Of a DNA stretch of 64,000 nt, positions 1-8,429 are shown piece by piece (positions within the stretch are counted from its first letter, which is position 1; every line of letters begins with the position of its first letter). The stretch is taken from the NCBI GenBank assembly GCA_902826025.1, contig CADEDH010000009.1:22796-86795 (forward strand). Reading direction: 5' to 3'. The notes under the pieces are model-generated. The model saw nothing but the letters and a program-made list of their open reading frames with translations. It did not search any database and was not told where the DNA came from. Both the position numbers and the translations under genes were made by a program. Source of the DNA: an uncultured Actinomycetes bacterium. GTDB taxonomy: Bacteria > Actinomycetota > Acidimicrobiia > Acidimicrobiales > SZUA-35.

Positions 1-616
1 TGAGTGGGATCGACTGGATGGCCGACGAGCCGGTTCCGATGACGGCTACCCGCTTGCCGGTGAAGTCGACCCCCTCGTGGGGCCACTTCTGGGTCTGATA
101 GGTGGCGCCCTGGTAGCTCTCGATCCCGGGGATCTCGGGCAGCTTGGGGGCCGACAGGGTGCCCACTGCCATCACGACGTGCCCGGTCGACACCAGGTCG
201 CCAGCGCTGGTGGTCACGAGCCACCGGCCCAGGCCCTCGTTCCAATGAGCGGCCTCGATCCGGGTTTCGAACTGCATGTCGGGCCACAGGTCGTAGCGGT
301 CGGCCACATGGTTGGCGTAACGCAGGATCTCGGGCTGGGTGGCGTACTTCTCCGACCACTGCCACTCCTGCTCCAACTCGGGATCGAAGGAGAACGAGTA
401 GTCGATGCTCATCACGTCGCATCGGGCGCCGGGGTAGCGGTTCCAGTACCACGTACCCCCTACACCGCCGGCGGCGTCGAACACCCGGGCGGTGAAGCCC
501 AGGCCGCGGAGCTTGTGGAGCAGGTACATGCCGGCGAAGCCGGCGCCCACGATCATCACGTCGTAGGTGGCGGTGGCCTCATCGGCGTTGAGCGGCCGGG
601 TGTCGACGTTCGTCAT
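1..616 (-). CDS. Baeyer-Villiger (flavin-dependent, cyclohexanone-monooxygenase-type) monooxygenase, N-terminal part; the C-terminus lies off the window
   Basis: Absent from the ORF track because it runs off the edge. My reverse-strand translation from the ATG at 616 reads MTNVDTRPLNADEATATYDVMIVGAGFAGMYLLHKLRGLGFTARVFDAAGGVGGTWYWNRYPGARCDVMSIDYSFSF...GKRVAVIGTGSSAIQSIP. It shows the GxGxxG FAD fold, the GGTWYWNRYPGARCD block typical of BVMOs, and a second dinucleotide motif, GTGSSA. Confidence 0.85.
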   Translation of the reverse strand, partial: MTNVDTRPLNADEATATYDVMIVGAGFAGMYLLHKLRGLGFTARVFDAAGGVGGTWYWNRYPGARCDVMSIDYSFSFDPELEQEWQWSEKYATQPEILRYANHVADRYDLWPDMQFETRIEAAHWNEGLGRWLVTTSAGDLVSTGHVVMAVGTLSAPKLPEIPGIESYQGATYQTQKWPHEGVDFTGKRVAVIGTGSSAIQSIPL

Positions 617-703
617 CGGTGCAATTCCCCCTTGGGTGATCCTCCCCATCCCTGCGAGGGAATCTAGTGGCAAGCAGTGACAACGACCAGACGAGGGCTG
701 CTC

Positions 704-1135
704 CTACCAGCCGAACCAGCGGTCGAGCCCGGGCCGGGGTGGGCCCGGCTTGTACTCGAACAGCTCCAGCAGCACGCCGTCGGGCCCCTCCACCATGATG
801 TAGTCAAGCTCGGGAAGCTCCCGGACGGCGGACCGCAGTTGGATCCCGGCCTTGCCCATCTCGGCTACCAGACCGGCCAAGTCGTCGACCTGGAAGCCCA
901 GGTGGTGCACGGCGTTGCGGCCGTGGTCCCGGGGCGGCTGGTCGTAGATGTTGATGTGGCCGTCGCCCACCATCACCATCACGTTGCGGGAGCCGGCGAA
1001 GCTGTGGTCGGCCACCACCTCGGCCCCGAACCAGCGGCGGTAGAAGGCGAGGGTGACGTCGAGGTCGGCGGCGAACAGGTGAGGATGGTGGAACCGGGCC
1101 CGCCGGGCCGGCAGGCCGCCCTCAGCGGTGCTCAT
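704..1135 (-). CDS. VOC / glyoxalase-bleomycin resistance family protein
   Basis: Lies within ORF 704..1216. The protein-like part starts at MSTAEGG (ATG 1135), which overlaps the upstream stop as ATGA. HHPHLFAADLDVTLAFYRRWFGAEV...HHLGFQVDDLAGLVAEMGKAGI...GPDGVLLELFE is the typical paired beta-alpha-beta-beta-beta VOC pattern. Confidence 0.8.
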   Translation of the reverse strand: MSTAEGGLPARRARFHHPHLFAADLDVTLAFYRRWFGAEVVADHSFAGSRNVMVMVGDGHINIYDQPPRDHGRNAVHHLGFQVDDLAGLVAEMGKAGIQLRSAVRELPELDYIMVEGPDGVLLELFEYKPGPPRPGLDRWFGW

Positions 1136-2178
1136 CCCCCGGCGCCGTGAGCGGCCCGGACCAGCTCCAGGTTGAGGCGTATGGCGTCGTCGTGGGGCAC
1201 CCGACCACACCCGCACGATGTCGACACGAGCAGGCGCTGGGCCGGCACCACGGCCAGGAGCTGGTCGATCTGGCGGCGGTAGTGGTCACGGCTGGCCGGG
1301 GGCGACTTGACGTCACCGATGCCGGCCACGATCTCGATCGAGTCGGGCACGTCGGCCAGCAGGGCCCGGTCGTCCCACTGCCCGGAGTAGGAGCACTCGA
1401 CCAGGGCCCGGTCGATGCGGCCGTCCAGCGCCTGGAGCAGGGGTAGCAGGGCCCGGAGGTTCTGAACCTGGGTGGACGGCTTGCGGGCGATGTCGCCCAG
1501 GCAGAAGTGCACGCTGCGCCGCACCGCCGGGCCGGCCACGCTGTCGAACGGGGCGGCGATCAGGTCGGCCAGGTGGGCCACCTCGGCCGTGCCCTCGATG
1601 CAGGCGATGGCCTCCGACGGGGCGTCGAGCTGCACGTCGGTGGCCCCGGCGGCCACCGCCTCGGCGATCTCGGCCCGCACCAGCTGGGTCAGCTGGTCGA
1701 GCACGGTGTCGGTCAGCTCGGAGCGGGGGAACGACAGCCCGATGGTGTAGCCGGTGGGAATGGCCACCTTGTCGAGTCTCGGCTCGATCGCCCGCTCCCG
1801 GATGAAGGCCCTCGAATGGCCCAGCCCCCGGGGCGCCCCCAGCGGGCCGGTGACCACGTAACGGGCCACCCCCTGCTGACCCCGGCTCATGTCCCGGGTC
1901 CGCTCGGCCGTCACCCCGGTGAGCCGGGGCGGCACCGTGTGGACGAAGTCGGGGGCGAACACCTCGCCCCCGGCGATCTGGTCGAGCCCGCAGGCCAGCA
2001 TCTCGTCCATGGCGATCCGGGCGGCGTCGGCCAGGGCGGCGGCCACCGCCGGGTCGTCCTCGGTGACCTCGCCCCGCCAGAACGGGCGAAGGGCCGGTCG
2101 CTGGCCGAACGGCGGAGGCCAGCTCCCCACCGCCGTGGTGCGGACAGCGGCCGTGGGCGCATCGGCGGCGCCGCTCAA
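1132..2178 (-). CDS. Cobalamin-independent methionine synthase C-terminal-like (MetE/UROD-like) family protein
   Basis: Only the last 349 codons of ORF 1132..3123 look like protein: TTAVGSWPPPF, GLDQIAGGEVF, HFCLGD, STSCGCGRVP. The rest of that ORF overlaps the next gene out of frame. I set the start at TTG 2178, which forms a TTGA overlap with the upstream stop; the start is uncertain. Confidence 0.7.
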   Translation of the reverse strand: MSGAADAPTAAVRTTAVGSWPPPFGQRPALRPFWRGEVTEDDPAVAAALADAARIAMDEMLACGLDQIAGGEVFAPDFVHTVPPRLTGVTAERTRDMSRGQQGVARYVVTGPLGAPRGLGHSRAFIRERAIEPRLDKVAIPTGYTIGLSFPRSELTDTVLDQLTQLVRAEIAEAVAAGATDVQLDAPSEAIACIEGTAEVAHLADLIAAPFDSVAGPAVRRSVHFCLGDIARKPSTQVQNLRALLPLLQALDGRIDRALVECSYSGQWDDRALLADVPDSIEIVAGIGDVKSPPASRDHYRRQIDQLLAVVPAQRLLVSTSCGCGRVPHDDAIRLNLELVRAAHGAGG

Positions 2179-3056
2179 TGCCCGGCCCCGGGTGGTGTGT
2201 CCCGTTCGGTGGTGGCCCGCTCCACGTCGAGCAGGGGCTCCAGACCGCAGATGCCGACGAGCTCGCCGTGCAGGCCCATGGCGTCCACCGTGACCCCCGT
2301 CTTCCCCTCGGCCTGGAACCGCTGGTAGGCGTCCCGAGCGGCCGAGATGGCCAGGGCCTGGGTGGTGAAGGCGTCGATGATCAGGTGCCAGCGCCGGTCC
2401 CGCCACTCGTCCGCGGTGTGGGTGTCGAGCGAGGTGATGGTGGCCAGCGGAGCCCCGAACCGCTCGGCCACCAGCTGGCCCAGGGGCGCCATCTCGTCGC
2501 GCCGCACGAACGCCATCAGCACGTCGGCCCCGGCGTCGCGGTAGGCGGCCAGGCGCTCCACCCCGGCCTCGAAGCCCTCGTGACGGAAGCCGCCGGTGCG
2601 GGCGATGATCAGGAAGTCGGCGTCGTTGCGGGCCTCCGCCGCCGCCTTCAGCTTGCCCACCATCTCCTCGGTGGGCACCAGGTGCTCCACGCCCACGTGA
2701 TGGTGGAGCCGCTTCGGCGCCACCTGGTCCTCGAACTCCACGGCCGCGGCCCCGGTGGCCTCCAGCTCCCAGGTGGCCCGGGCCATGTGAACGGCGTCGC
2801 CGAACCCGATGCCGCCGTCCACGATGAGGGGCAGGCCCGAGCGGGCCGTGATCCGGCGGGCGGCGTCGGCCACCTCGGTGACCGTGAGCAGGGCCTCGCC
2901 CACGGCGTACTGGAAGCCGAGGGCCCCGCCGCTCAGGTACCCGGCCCCGAACCCGGCCTGCTCCACCATGCGGGCGCTGAGCGGGTCGAGGGTGAGGGGG
3001 GCGAAGACCGGGTCGGGCCCGGCGAGGGCCTGACGGAACTGGGTGCGGGCGCTCAT
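2175..3056 (-). CDS. Isocitrate lyase / PEP mutase superfamily protein (2-methylisocitrate-lyase-like fold, atypical active-site loop)
   Basis: ORF 2175..3056 (293 aa). PLTLDPLSARMVEQAGFGAGYLSG, LPLIVDGGIGFG and VEFEDQVAPKRLHHH are collinear with the ICL/PEPM family. The usual K-R/K-C-G-H loop reads KRLHH here. Confidence 0.8.
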   Translation of the reverse strand: MSARTQFRQALAGPDPVFAPLTLDPLSARMVEQAGFGAGYLSGGALGFQYAVGEALLTVTEVADAARRITARSGLPLIVDGGIGFGDAVHMARATWELEATGAAAVEFEDQVAPKRLHHHVGVEHLVPTEEMVGKLKAAAEARNDADFLIIARTGGFRHEGFEAGVERLAAYRDAGADVLMAFVRRDEMAPLGQLVAERFGAPLATITSLDTHTADEWRDRRWHLIIDAFTTQALAISAARDAYQRFQAEGKTGVTVDAMGLHGELVGICGLEPLLDVERATTERDTPPGAGH

Positions 3057-3086
3057 GGCCGAACCCTAATGGTCGCCCCCCACCCT

Positions 3087-3142
3087 CCGGCGAACTCTGA
3101 CGTGGCGTGCCGCCAACGGTCATCCCCCGTCAGAGTTCCGGG
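3087..3142. repeat. Intergenic inverted repeat (hairpin) carrying the GGCGAACT core of a dispersed repeat family
   Basis: The arm ccggcgaactctgacg (3087-3102) pairs with cgtcagagttccgg (3128-3142). That gives 11 perfect bp (gaactctgacg / cgtcagagttc) plus 4 more after a 1-nt bulge. It sits between the AKR stop (3147) and the ICL-like start (3056). Confidence 0.6.
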
Positions 3143-3146
3143 AGGG

Positions 3147-4178
3147 TCAGCTGGAGCCGATCGACAGCAGGTTCACCAGTGGCTGGTACAGCTCTTCGAG
3201 GTAGTCGATGTCGGCCTGCTCGAGCACGATCGTGGTGGCGTCCACCAGGTCGTCGAGCTGTTCGATGCGGGACACGCCGACCACCGGGGCCGTGACCTCG
3301 GGCTTGTTGACCAGCCAGGCCAGGGCGATCTGAGCCGGCTTCTTGCCGTAGCGCTCGGCCACCTCCCCCACCCGCTCGGCGATGGCGAAGTCCATCTCGC
3401 CCTTGTAGAGGCTCTCGGTGCGGGCTCGGTCCTGCCCCTGGGACCGGCTGGTGGAGCCGGCCTGGAAGCCGCCCCGGTAGGAGCCGGCCAGGATGCCCCG
3501 GGCCAGGGGCGACCAGGGGGTGATGGCGATCCCGTTACCGGCGCAGTACGGGATCATCTCCCGCTCTTCCTCCCGGTAGATCAGGTTCCAGTGGTTCTGC
3601 ATCGAGACGAACTCGGTCCAGCCGTGGAGGCGGGCCGTCATCTGCAGCTCCACGAACTGCCAGGCGAACATCGACGAGCCACCCAGGTACAGCACCTTGC
3701 CCTCCCGCACCAGGTCGTGCAGGGCCTCCATCGTCTCCTCGATCGGGGCTTGGGCCTGGCCCGGGATGCCGTGGGGGTGGCGGTGGATCACGAGGTGGTC
3801 GATGTAGTCGTGGCCCAGGCGGCGCAGGCTGGCCTCGACGCCCTCCTTGATGTGCTTGCGCGACAGGCCGCCGGCGTTGGGCCCCTTGCCCAGTGGCATC
3901 GAGATCTTCGTGCCCAGCACGTACTCCTCACGGGGCAGGAGCTCCTTGAGTAGGGCCCCCACCACTTCCTCGCAGGCGCCGAGGCCGTAGATGTCGGCGC
4001 AGTCGAACCAGATCAGGCCCCGCTCGATAGCGGCCTGGAAGATGGGGCGGGCCTCGTCGATCCCGAGCGTCCAGTCCCCCTGATGACCGCGGCCCGGGAT
4101 GCCGAAGTTCATCGTGCCCAGGCACAGCTCCGACACCCGCAACCCGCTCCGCTGCCCCAGCTGCACCGTCTTCAACAT
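3147..4178 (-). CDS. Aldo/keto reductase
   Basis: Lies within ORF 3147..4247, with the start at MLKTVQLG (ATG 4178). SELCLGTMNFG, FDCADIYG, LGTKI, YIDHLVIHR and PWSPLARGIL are classic AKR blocks. Confidence 0.9.
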   Translation of the reverse strand: MLKTVQLGQRSGLRVSELCLGTMNFGIPGRGHQGDWTLGIDEARPIFQAAIERGLIWFDCADIYGLGACEEVVGALLKELLPREEYVLGTKISMPLGKGPNAGGLSRKHIKEGVEASLRRLGHDYIDHLVIHRHPHGIPGQAQAPIEETMEALHDLVREGKVLYLGGSSMFAWQFVELQMTARLHGWTEFVSMQNHWNLIYREEEREMIPYCAGNGIAITPWSPLARGILAGSYRGGFQAGSTSRSQGQDRARTESLYKGEMDFAIAERVGEVAERYGKKPAQIALAWLVNKPEVTAPVVGVSRIEQLDDLVDATTIVLEQADIDYLEELYQPLVNLLSIGSS

Positions 4179-4220
4179 CGCTCGGTTCCTCTCGTCGGTC
4201 CGGCCTCTACCTCTCCGGCC

Positions 4221-4334
4221 CAAACTGTGTAACGGATTCCGCGACACGCGAGCGAACTGCGTCGCGAAACCACCGTTTTTCGGGGGTTTCGTGACGCAGA
4301 TCGGCCCGGGGGCGCGGTTCCGTCGCGCAGTTCA
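4221..4334. repeat. Cluster of four ~19-nt REP-like units (core CGAACTGCGYSRCGAAACC), two of which form a long hairpin
   Basis: Unit cgaactgcgtcgcgaaacc (4253-4271) faces its inverted copy ggtttcgtgacgcagatcg (4285-4303), matching at 17 of 19 positions across a 13-nt loop. A further inverted copy, ggttccgtcgcgcagttca, lies at 4316-4334, and a degenerate direct copy, caaactgtgtaacggattcc, lies at 4221-4240. The cluster fills the spacer between the oxoprolinase stop (4338) and the AKR start (4178). Confidence 0.7.
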
Positions 4335-4337
4335 GGG

Positions 4338-7300
4338 TCAGGAGATCCGGGCGGCGGCCCGTAGCTGGGCCGTGGCGGTCTCGTCGACCGTCCAGGTGGC
4401 GGGGTCGACGGCCACGCCGTAGCTGGCACGGGCCGCCTCGGGGCTGACGACGCCGTCGCGCACGTCGCGCAGCACCAGCTCGGGCTCCCGCTCGAACGGG
4501 TCGCCCCAGCCCCCGCCGCCGGGGGTGTGGGCGATCATCCGGGCCGGGCCCATGCGGCGCACCCCGTACTTGGGGGGCACGAACCGCTCGCCGTCGCGCC
4601 CGGCATCGGCCGGCTCGATCCACTCCAGGCCGGCCAGGCCGTCGCCCCCGCCCCGCACCCCGTAGCCCGACGGGGTGTCGAGCCCTTCGGCCCGGAACGA
4701 CCAGGCGGCCGGGGCCAGCACGTCGGCCTCGTACAGCATGCCGCTGCCGCCGCGGCGCCGGCCGGGCCCGGCGGCGTCGGTGCGGAACTCCCAACGCCGG
4801 TAGCGCACGGGGAAGCTCTGCTCGTGGAACTCGAGGTTGGCGATGTCGAGCCCGCCCAGCGAGATCAGGTGGCCCATCTGGGGGAACCCGTCGCGCTCGG
4901 GGGTGGCTCCCGGGGTGCCCATGGCATGCCAGTGATACATCACCCAGGTCCGGCCGTCCTCGGTGGTGCCGGCCACGTGACCGTGCATGGTCTTGGACCA
5001 GCCGGCCAGGGCCCGCTCGGGATCGGCCTGGGCCAGCGCCTTCCACACGGCGTGCACGATCTCGTGGGCCACGTACACCGTGTTCATCGTCATCGGGGCC
5101 GGGGGCCGGGCGTTCACGATCGTGCCCTCGGGGGCGATGATGGTGCAGGCCCGGTAGGTGCCCTCGTTGCGGGGGATGCCGGGGTCGAAGAAGGCCGACA
5201 GGGCGAGGTAAGCGGCCGAATAGGTGTTGGCCAGCGACGAGTTCTTGAACCCCTTCATCTGGGGGTCCGACCCGCTGAAGTCGAGTGTCATCTCGTCGCC
5301 CGAGATCGTGAGTCGGAGCCGGATCCAGGTGTCGATCCGCTCGAAGCAGTCGTTGTCGGACACGTCGGCCCCCTCGTACACCCCGTCGGGCAGGGCGGCG
5401 ATGGCCTCCCGCATGCGGCGGTCGGCGTGGCCCAGGATCCCGTCGAGGTGGGCGAAGTAGGAGTCGAGGCCGAGCTCGGCGGCCAGGGCGGCCACCCGCT
5501 CCCCGCCGATGCGGGTGGAGCCGACCATGGCCAGCAGGTCGCCGTCGAGCAGCTCGGGGGTGCGGGAGTTGATCAGCAGCAGCTGCCACAGGTCGGGCCG
5601 CACCTCGCCCCGGTCGTACAGCTTCATCACCGGCAGCCGGATCCCCTCCTGCCAGATCTCGGTGGCCTCCGGGTTGTAGGTGCCGGCCAGGCCGCCGCCG
5701 ATGTCGCTCTGGTGGGCCCGGTTGCAGCAGAACCCGGCCAGGCGCCAGCCGTCGTTGGGGTCGTCGGGGTCCACGGTGTCGCGCGGGTCCGGAGGCAGGA
5801 AGATGGGGCGGCCCACCACCCAGTCGGGCAGGTGGTTGCCGCCGGCCACGTAGGGGTCGGACAGGAGGAACACGTCGTCCCGCCGGATGCGTTCGCCCCA
5901 GGTGGCCACGATGGCCCGGGCGGCGAACCCGCCGCCCGAGGTGTGGATCGGGATGCCGTCGGCATTGGCGATGAGGGTGCCGGTGGGATCGGAGATGAAA
6001 CACGAGAAATCGTGGCTCTGGCTGAAGATGGTGGACCGGGCGGTGCGGGTCATCACCCACCCCATGTGCCGGCTGATCTGGTCGAGCCGGTGCTGCATGA
6101 GCGACAGCACGATGGGGTCGAGGTTGTCTGTGGTGGCGGGCACCGCCGGCAGGGCCTCGGGTGGGGCGGCGGGGACCACGGGATCGATGGACGTGGGCTG
6201 CAGGTCGAGCACGAAGTTGCCGGTGGGATCGACGTCGAGCACGGTGCCGGGGCCGACCAGCACGGTGGTGGTGGCCTCCTCCACCAGCACCGGCCCGGGG
6301 CACGACATGCCGGCCTGCAGATCGGGACCGGCAAAGACGGGGGTGTCGAGCCAGCCCCAGGCGCCGTGCCATACCTTGCGGTGCTCCATCGGGCGGGGCT
6401 GGGCATCACTGAGGGCCTCCGTGCGGCTGGCGATGGCGCCGGTGGAGGCCAGGGCCACCACCCGGGCCGACGCCACCAGGATCGTGCCGTTCACCTGCAC
6501 GTGGCCGTAGAGCCGTTCGTATTCGGCCTCGAACGCCACCCGCACCGCGGCCCGGTCGAGCGTGGCCCCGTCGCCGAGCGCCACCGGCACCCGGATCGAC
6601 CACAGCTGGCCCGGATGGTGGAGGTCGAGCTCGGTCCGCAGCGTCACCTGGTCGGGAGTGAATCCCTCGGCCGCCAGGGCGGCGTGGGCCTGGGCCTGTA
6701 GGTCGTCGATAGCGCCGGTGACGCGCTCGGCCGGGATCTCGTCGAGCGACCCGGTCAGGAACCGCTGGAAGTCCTGGCGCACGTCGGCGTGGAGCATGCC
6801 AACAGCGCACAGGGCGCCGGCGTCACGGGGCACGTAGACCCGGCGGCAGCCGAGGCCCCGGGCCACGGTCTCGCCGTGCATGGGCCCGGCGCCGCCCGCC
6901 GCCACCAGCGTGAACCGCCGGGGGGCATGCCCCCGCTCGATCGAGATGTACTCCACCGCCCCCAGCAGGTTCTGCTCCAGCAGGGTGATGATGCCGGCGG
7001 CGGCGTCTTCCACGGCCAGGCCCAGCGGCTCGGCCACCCGGGTGCGGATGGCATCGGTGGCGGCGTCGAGGTCGAGGCTGATCGAGCCGCCGGCGTAGGG
7101 GCCGGGGCGGAGGCGGCCCAGGACGAGCTGGGCGTCGGTGACGGTGGGCTCGGTGCCGCCCAGTCCGTAGCAGGCCGGCCCGGGATCGGCCCCGGCCCCC
7201 TTGGGCCCCACGAACAGGAGGCCGGCCGAGTCGACGCCGGCGATCGTGCCCCCGCCGGCTCCGATGGTGTGGATGTCGATGGCCGGGGTCGACACGTGGT

Positions 7301-8348
7301 ACCCGGCGATCTGCAGATCGTCCCGGGTGGCCACCTGGCCGTTCGACATGAGCAGCACGTCACACGAGGTGCCCCCGATCTCCATCGAGATCAGGTTCCC
7401 GGCGTCGGCATCATCATCCTCGCCGGCTCCCCGGGCAGCATCGACCGCCCGGCGGTAGAGGTTGAGGGCGCCCACCGCGGCCGCCGGTCCGCTGAGCAGG
7501 AGGTTCACCGGCCGGGGCCCCACCAGCTCCACCGAGGCGGCGCCCCCATTGGACTGGACCATCAGGAGCGGGCGCCGCAGCCCGAGCGAGGCCAACTCGG
7601 CGTCGAGGGCCCGCAGGTAGGCCACGATCCGGGGCGACAGGGCGGCGTTGACCACGGCGGTGGACGTGCGCTCGTACTCTCCCATCGTGGGCGATATCTC
7701 GGCCGACCGGGTGACCCACTGCCCGCTCCACGTCTCGCCCAGAACCTCGGCCACCCGGCGCTCGTGGTCGTCGTTCACGAAGCTGTTGAACAGGGCGACG
7801 GCCACCGCCTCCACTCCCTCGGCTTCGAAGGCGGCCACCGCCGCCGCCACGTCGGCCGGCTCCAGTGGCTCCAGCTCGGTGCCGTCGGCTCCGATCCGGC
7901 CCCGCACCCCGCACCGCAGGTAGCGGGGCACGAGCACCGGGGCGTAGGGGGCCCGGTGGTCCCACTGGTCTTCCCGCAGGCCCCGGCGGACCTCCAGGGC
8001 GTCGCGGAAGCCGGCGGTGGTGACGAGCCCCACCTTCGCCCCCTTGCCCTCCAGCATGGTGTTGGTGGCCACGGTGGATCCATGGACGAAGAGCGAGCAG
8101 CCGCCGAGCACCTCGGGGACCGACGAGGCGAGGTCGGCGGCCAGGCGCTCCAACGCCTTCAGCACACCCCGGCTGGGGTCGGCCGGCACCGACGGCACCT
8201 TGGCCACCCAGGTGCGGCCGTCGGCGTCGGCCAACACGAGGTCGGTGAAGGTGCCCCCCACGTCCACCCCGATGCGCCACGGCCCACGAGGGACGGCCCC
8301 GGTCGGGTCGGCGGCGGTCACGTGCGGCTGCGGTTCGGAGGATGCCAT
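4338..8348 (-). CDS. Fused hydantoinase A / hydantoinase B (5-oxoprolinase / N-methylhydantoinase family, ATP-hydrolysing)
   Basis: ORF of 1336 aa. The N-terminal half (IGVDVGGTFTDLVL..., SNGG, EIGGTSCDV) is HyuA-like. After a Pro/Ala linker the second half (DPIVLSLMQHRLDQISRHMG..., FSQSHDFSCF, GGGGWGDP) is HyuB-like. Confidence 0.9.
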   Translation of the reverse strand: MASSEPQPHVTAADPTGAVPRGPWRIGVDVGGTFTDLVLADADGRTWVAKVPSVPADPSRGVLKALERLAADLASSVPEVLGGCSLFVHGSTVATNTMLEGKGAKVGLVTTAGFRDALEVRRGLREDQWDHRAPYAPVLVPRYLRCGVRGRIGADGTELEPLEPADVAAAVAAFEAEGVEAVAVALFNSFVNDDHERRVAEVLGETWSGQWVTRSAEISPTMGEYERTSTAVVNAALSPRIVAYLRALDAELASLGLRRPLLMVQSNGGAASVELVGPRPVNLLLSGPAAAVGALNLYRRAVDAARGAGEDDDADAGNLISMEIGGTSCDVLLMSNGQVATRDDLQIAGYHVSTPAIDIHTIGAGGGTIAGVDSAGLLFVGPKGAGADPGPACYGLGGTEPTVTDAQLVLGRLRPGPYAGGSISLDLDAATDAIRTRVAEPLGLAVEDAAAGIITLLEQNLLGAVEYISIERGHAPRRFTLVAAGGAGPMHGETVARGLGCRRVYVPRDAGALCAVGMLHADVRQDFQRFLTGSLDEIPAERVTGAIDDLQAQAHAALAAEGFTPDQVTLRTELDLHHPGQLWSIRVPVALGDGATLDRAAVRVAFEAEYERLYGHVQVNGTILVASARVVALASTGAIASRTEALSDAQPRPMEHRKVWHGAWGWLDTPVFAGPDLQAGMSCPGPVLVEEATTTVLVGPGTVLDVDPTGNFVLDLQPTSIDPVVPAAPPEALPAVPATTDNLDPIVLSLMQHRLDQISRHMGWVMTRTARSTIFSQSHDFSCFISDPTGTLIANADGIPIHTSGGGFAARAIVATWGERIRRDDVFLLSDPYVAGGNHLPDWVVGRPIFLPPDPRDTVDPDDPNDGWRLAGFCCNRAHQSDIGGGLAGTYNPEATEIWQEGIRLPVMKLYDRGEVRPDLWQLLLINSRTPELLDGDLLAMVGSTRIGGERVAALAAELGLDSYFAHLDGILGHADRRMREAIAALPDGVYEGADVSDNDCFERIDTWIRLRLTISGDEMTLDFSGSDPQMKGFKNSSLANTYSAAYLALSAFFDPGIPRNEGTYRACTIIAPEGTIVNARPPAPMTMNTVYVAHEIVHAVWKALAQADPERALAGWSKTMHGHVAGTTEDGRTWVMYHWHAMGTPGATPERDGFPQMGHLISLGGLDIANLEFHEQSFPVRYRRWEFRTDAAGPGRRRGGSGMLYEADVLAPAAWSFRAEGLDTPSGYGVRGGGDGLAGLEWIEPADAGRDGERFVPPKYGVRRMGPARMIAHTPGGGGWGDPFEREPELVLRDVRDGVVSPEAARASYGVAVDPATWTVDETATAQLRAAARIS

Positions 8349-8429
8349 TGTGAGACGCTACGACAGTGGGCCCGGCCGGAAAAGCCGTGCCTTCCCCGTG
8401 TCCTCACAGCAGCAGGAGCTCGTCCCGAC

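Noticed and set aside
1132-3123. A 663-aa ORF taken at face value as one protein.
   Set aside because: Only the C-terminal ~349 codons are protein-like. The N-terminal part overlaps the ICL/PEPM-like gene (2175..3056) in another frame and reads as RGRG/PGH low-complexity sequence.
2178-3953. A 591-aa plus-strand ORF, together with many similar long ORFs such as 4207..6372(-), 4527..6701(+), 14036..15997(-), 18378..20168(-), 42796..45138(-), 53895..55964(-) and 56004..57446(-).
   Set aside because: These are antisense or out-of-frame shadows of well-supported genes. Their translations are Arg/Gly/Pro/Ala-rich low-complexity strings with no motifs, as expected for open frames in very GC-rich DNA.
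6789-8429. An N-terminal 547-codon extension of the aminotransferase ORF 6789..9746.
   Set aside because: It runs antisense through the hydantoinase gene. The aminotransferase homology begins only at MAYPDPQSRS (ATG 8430).
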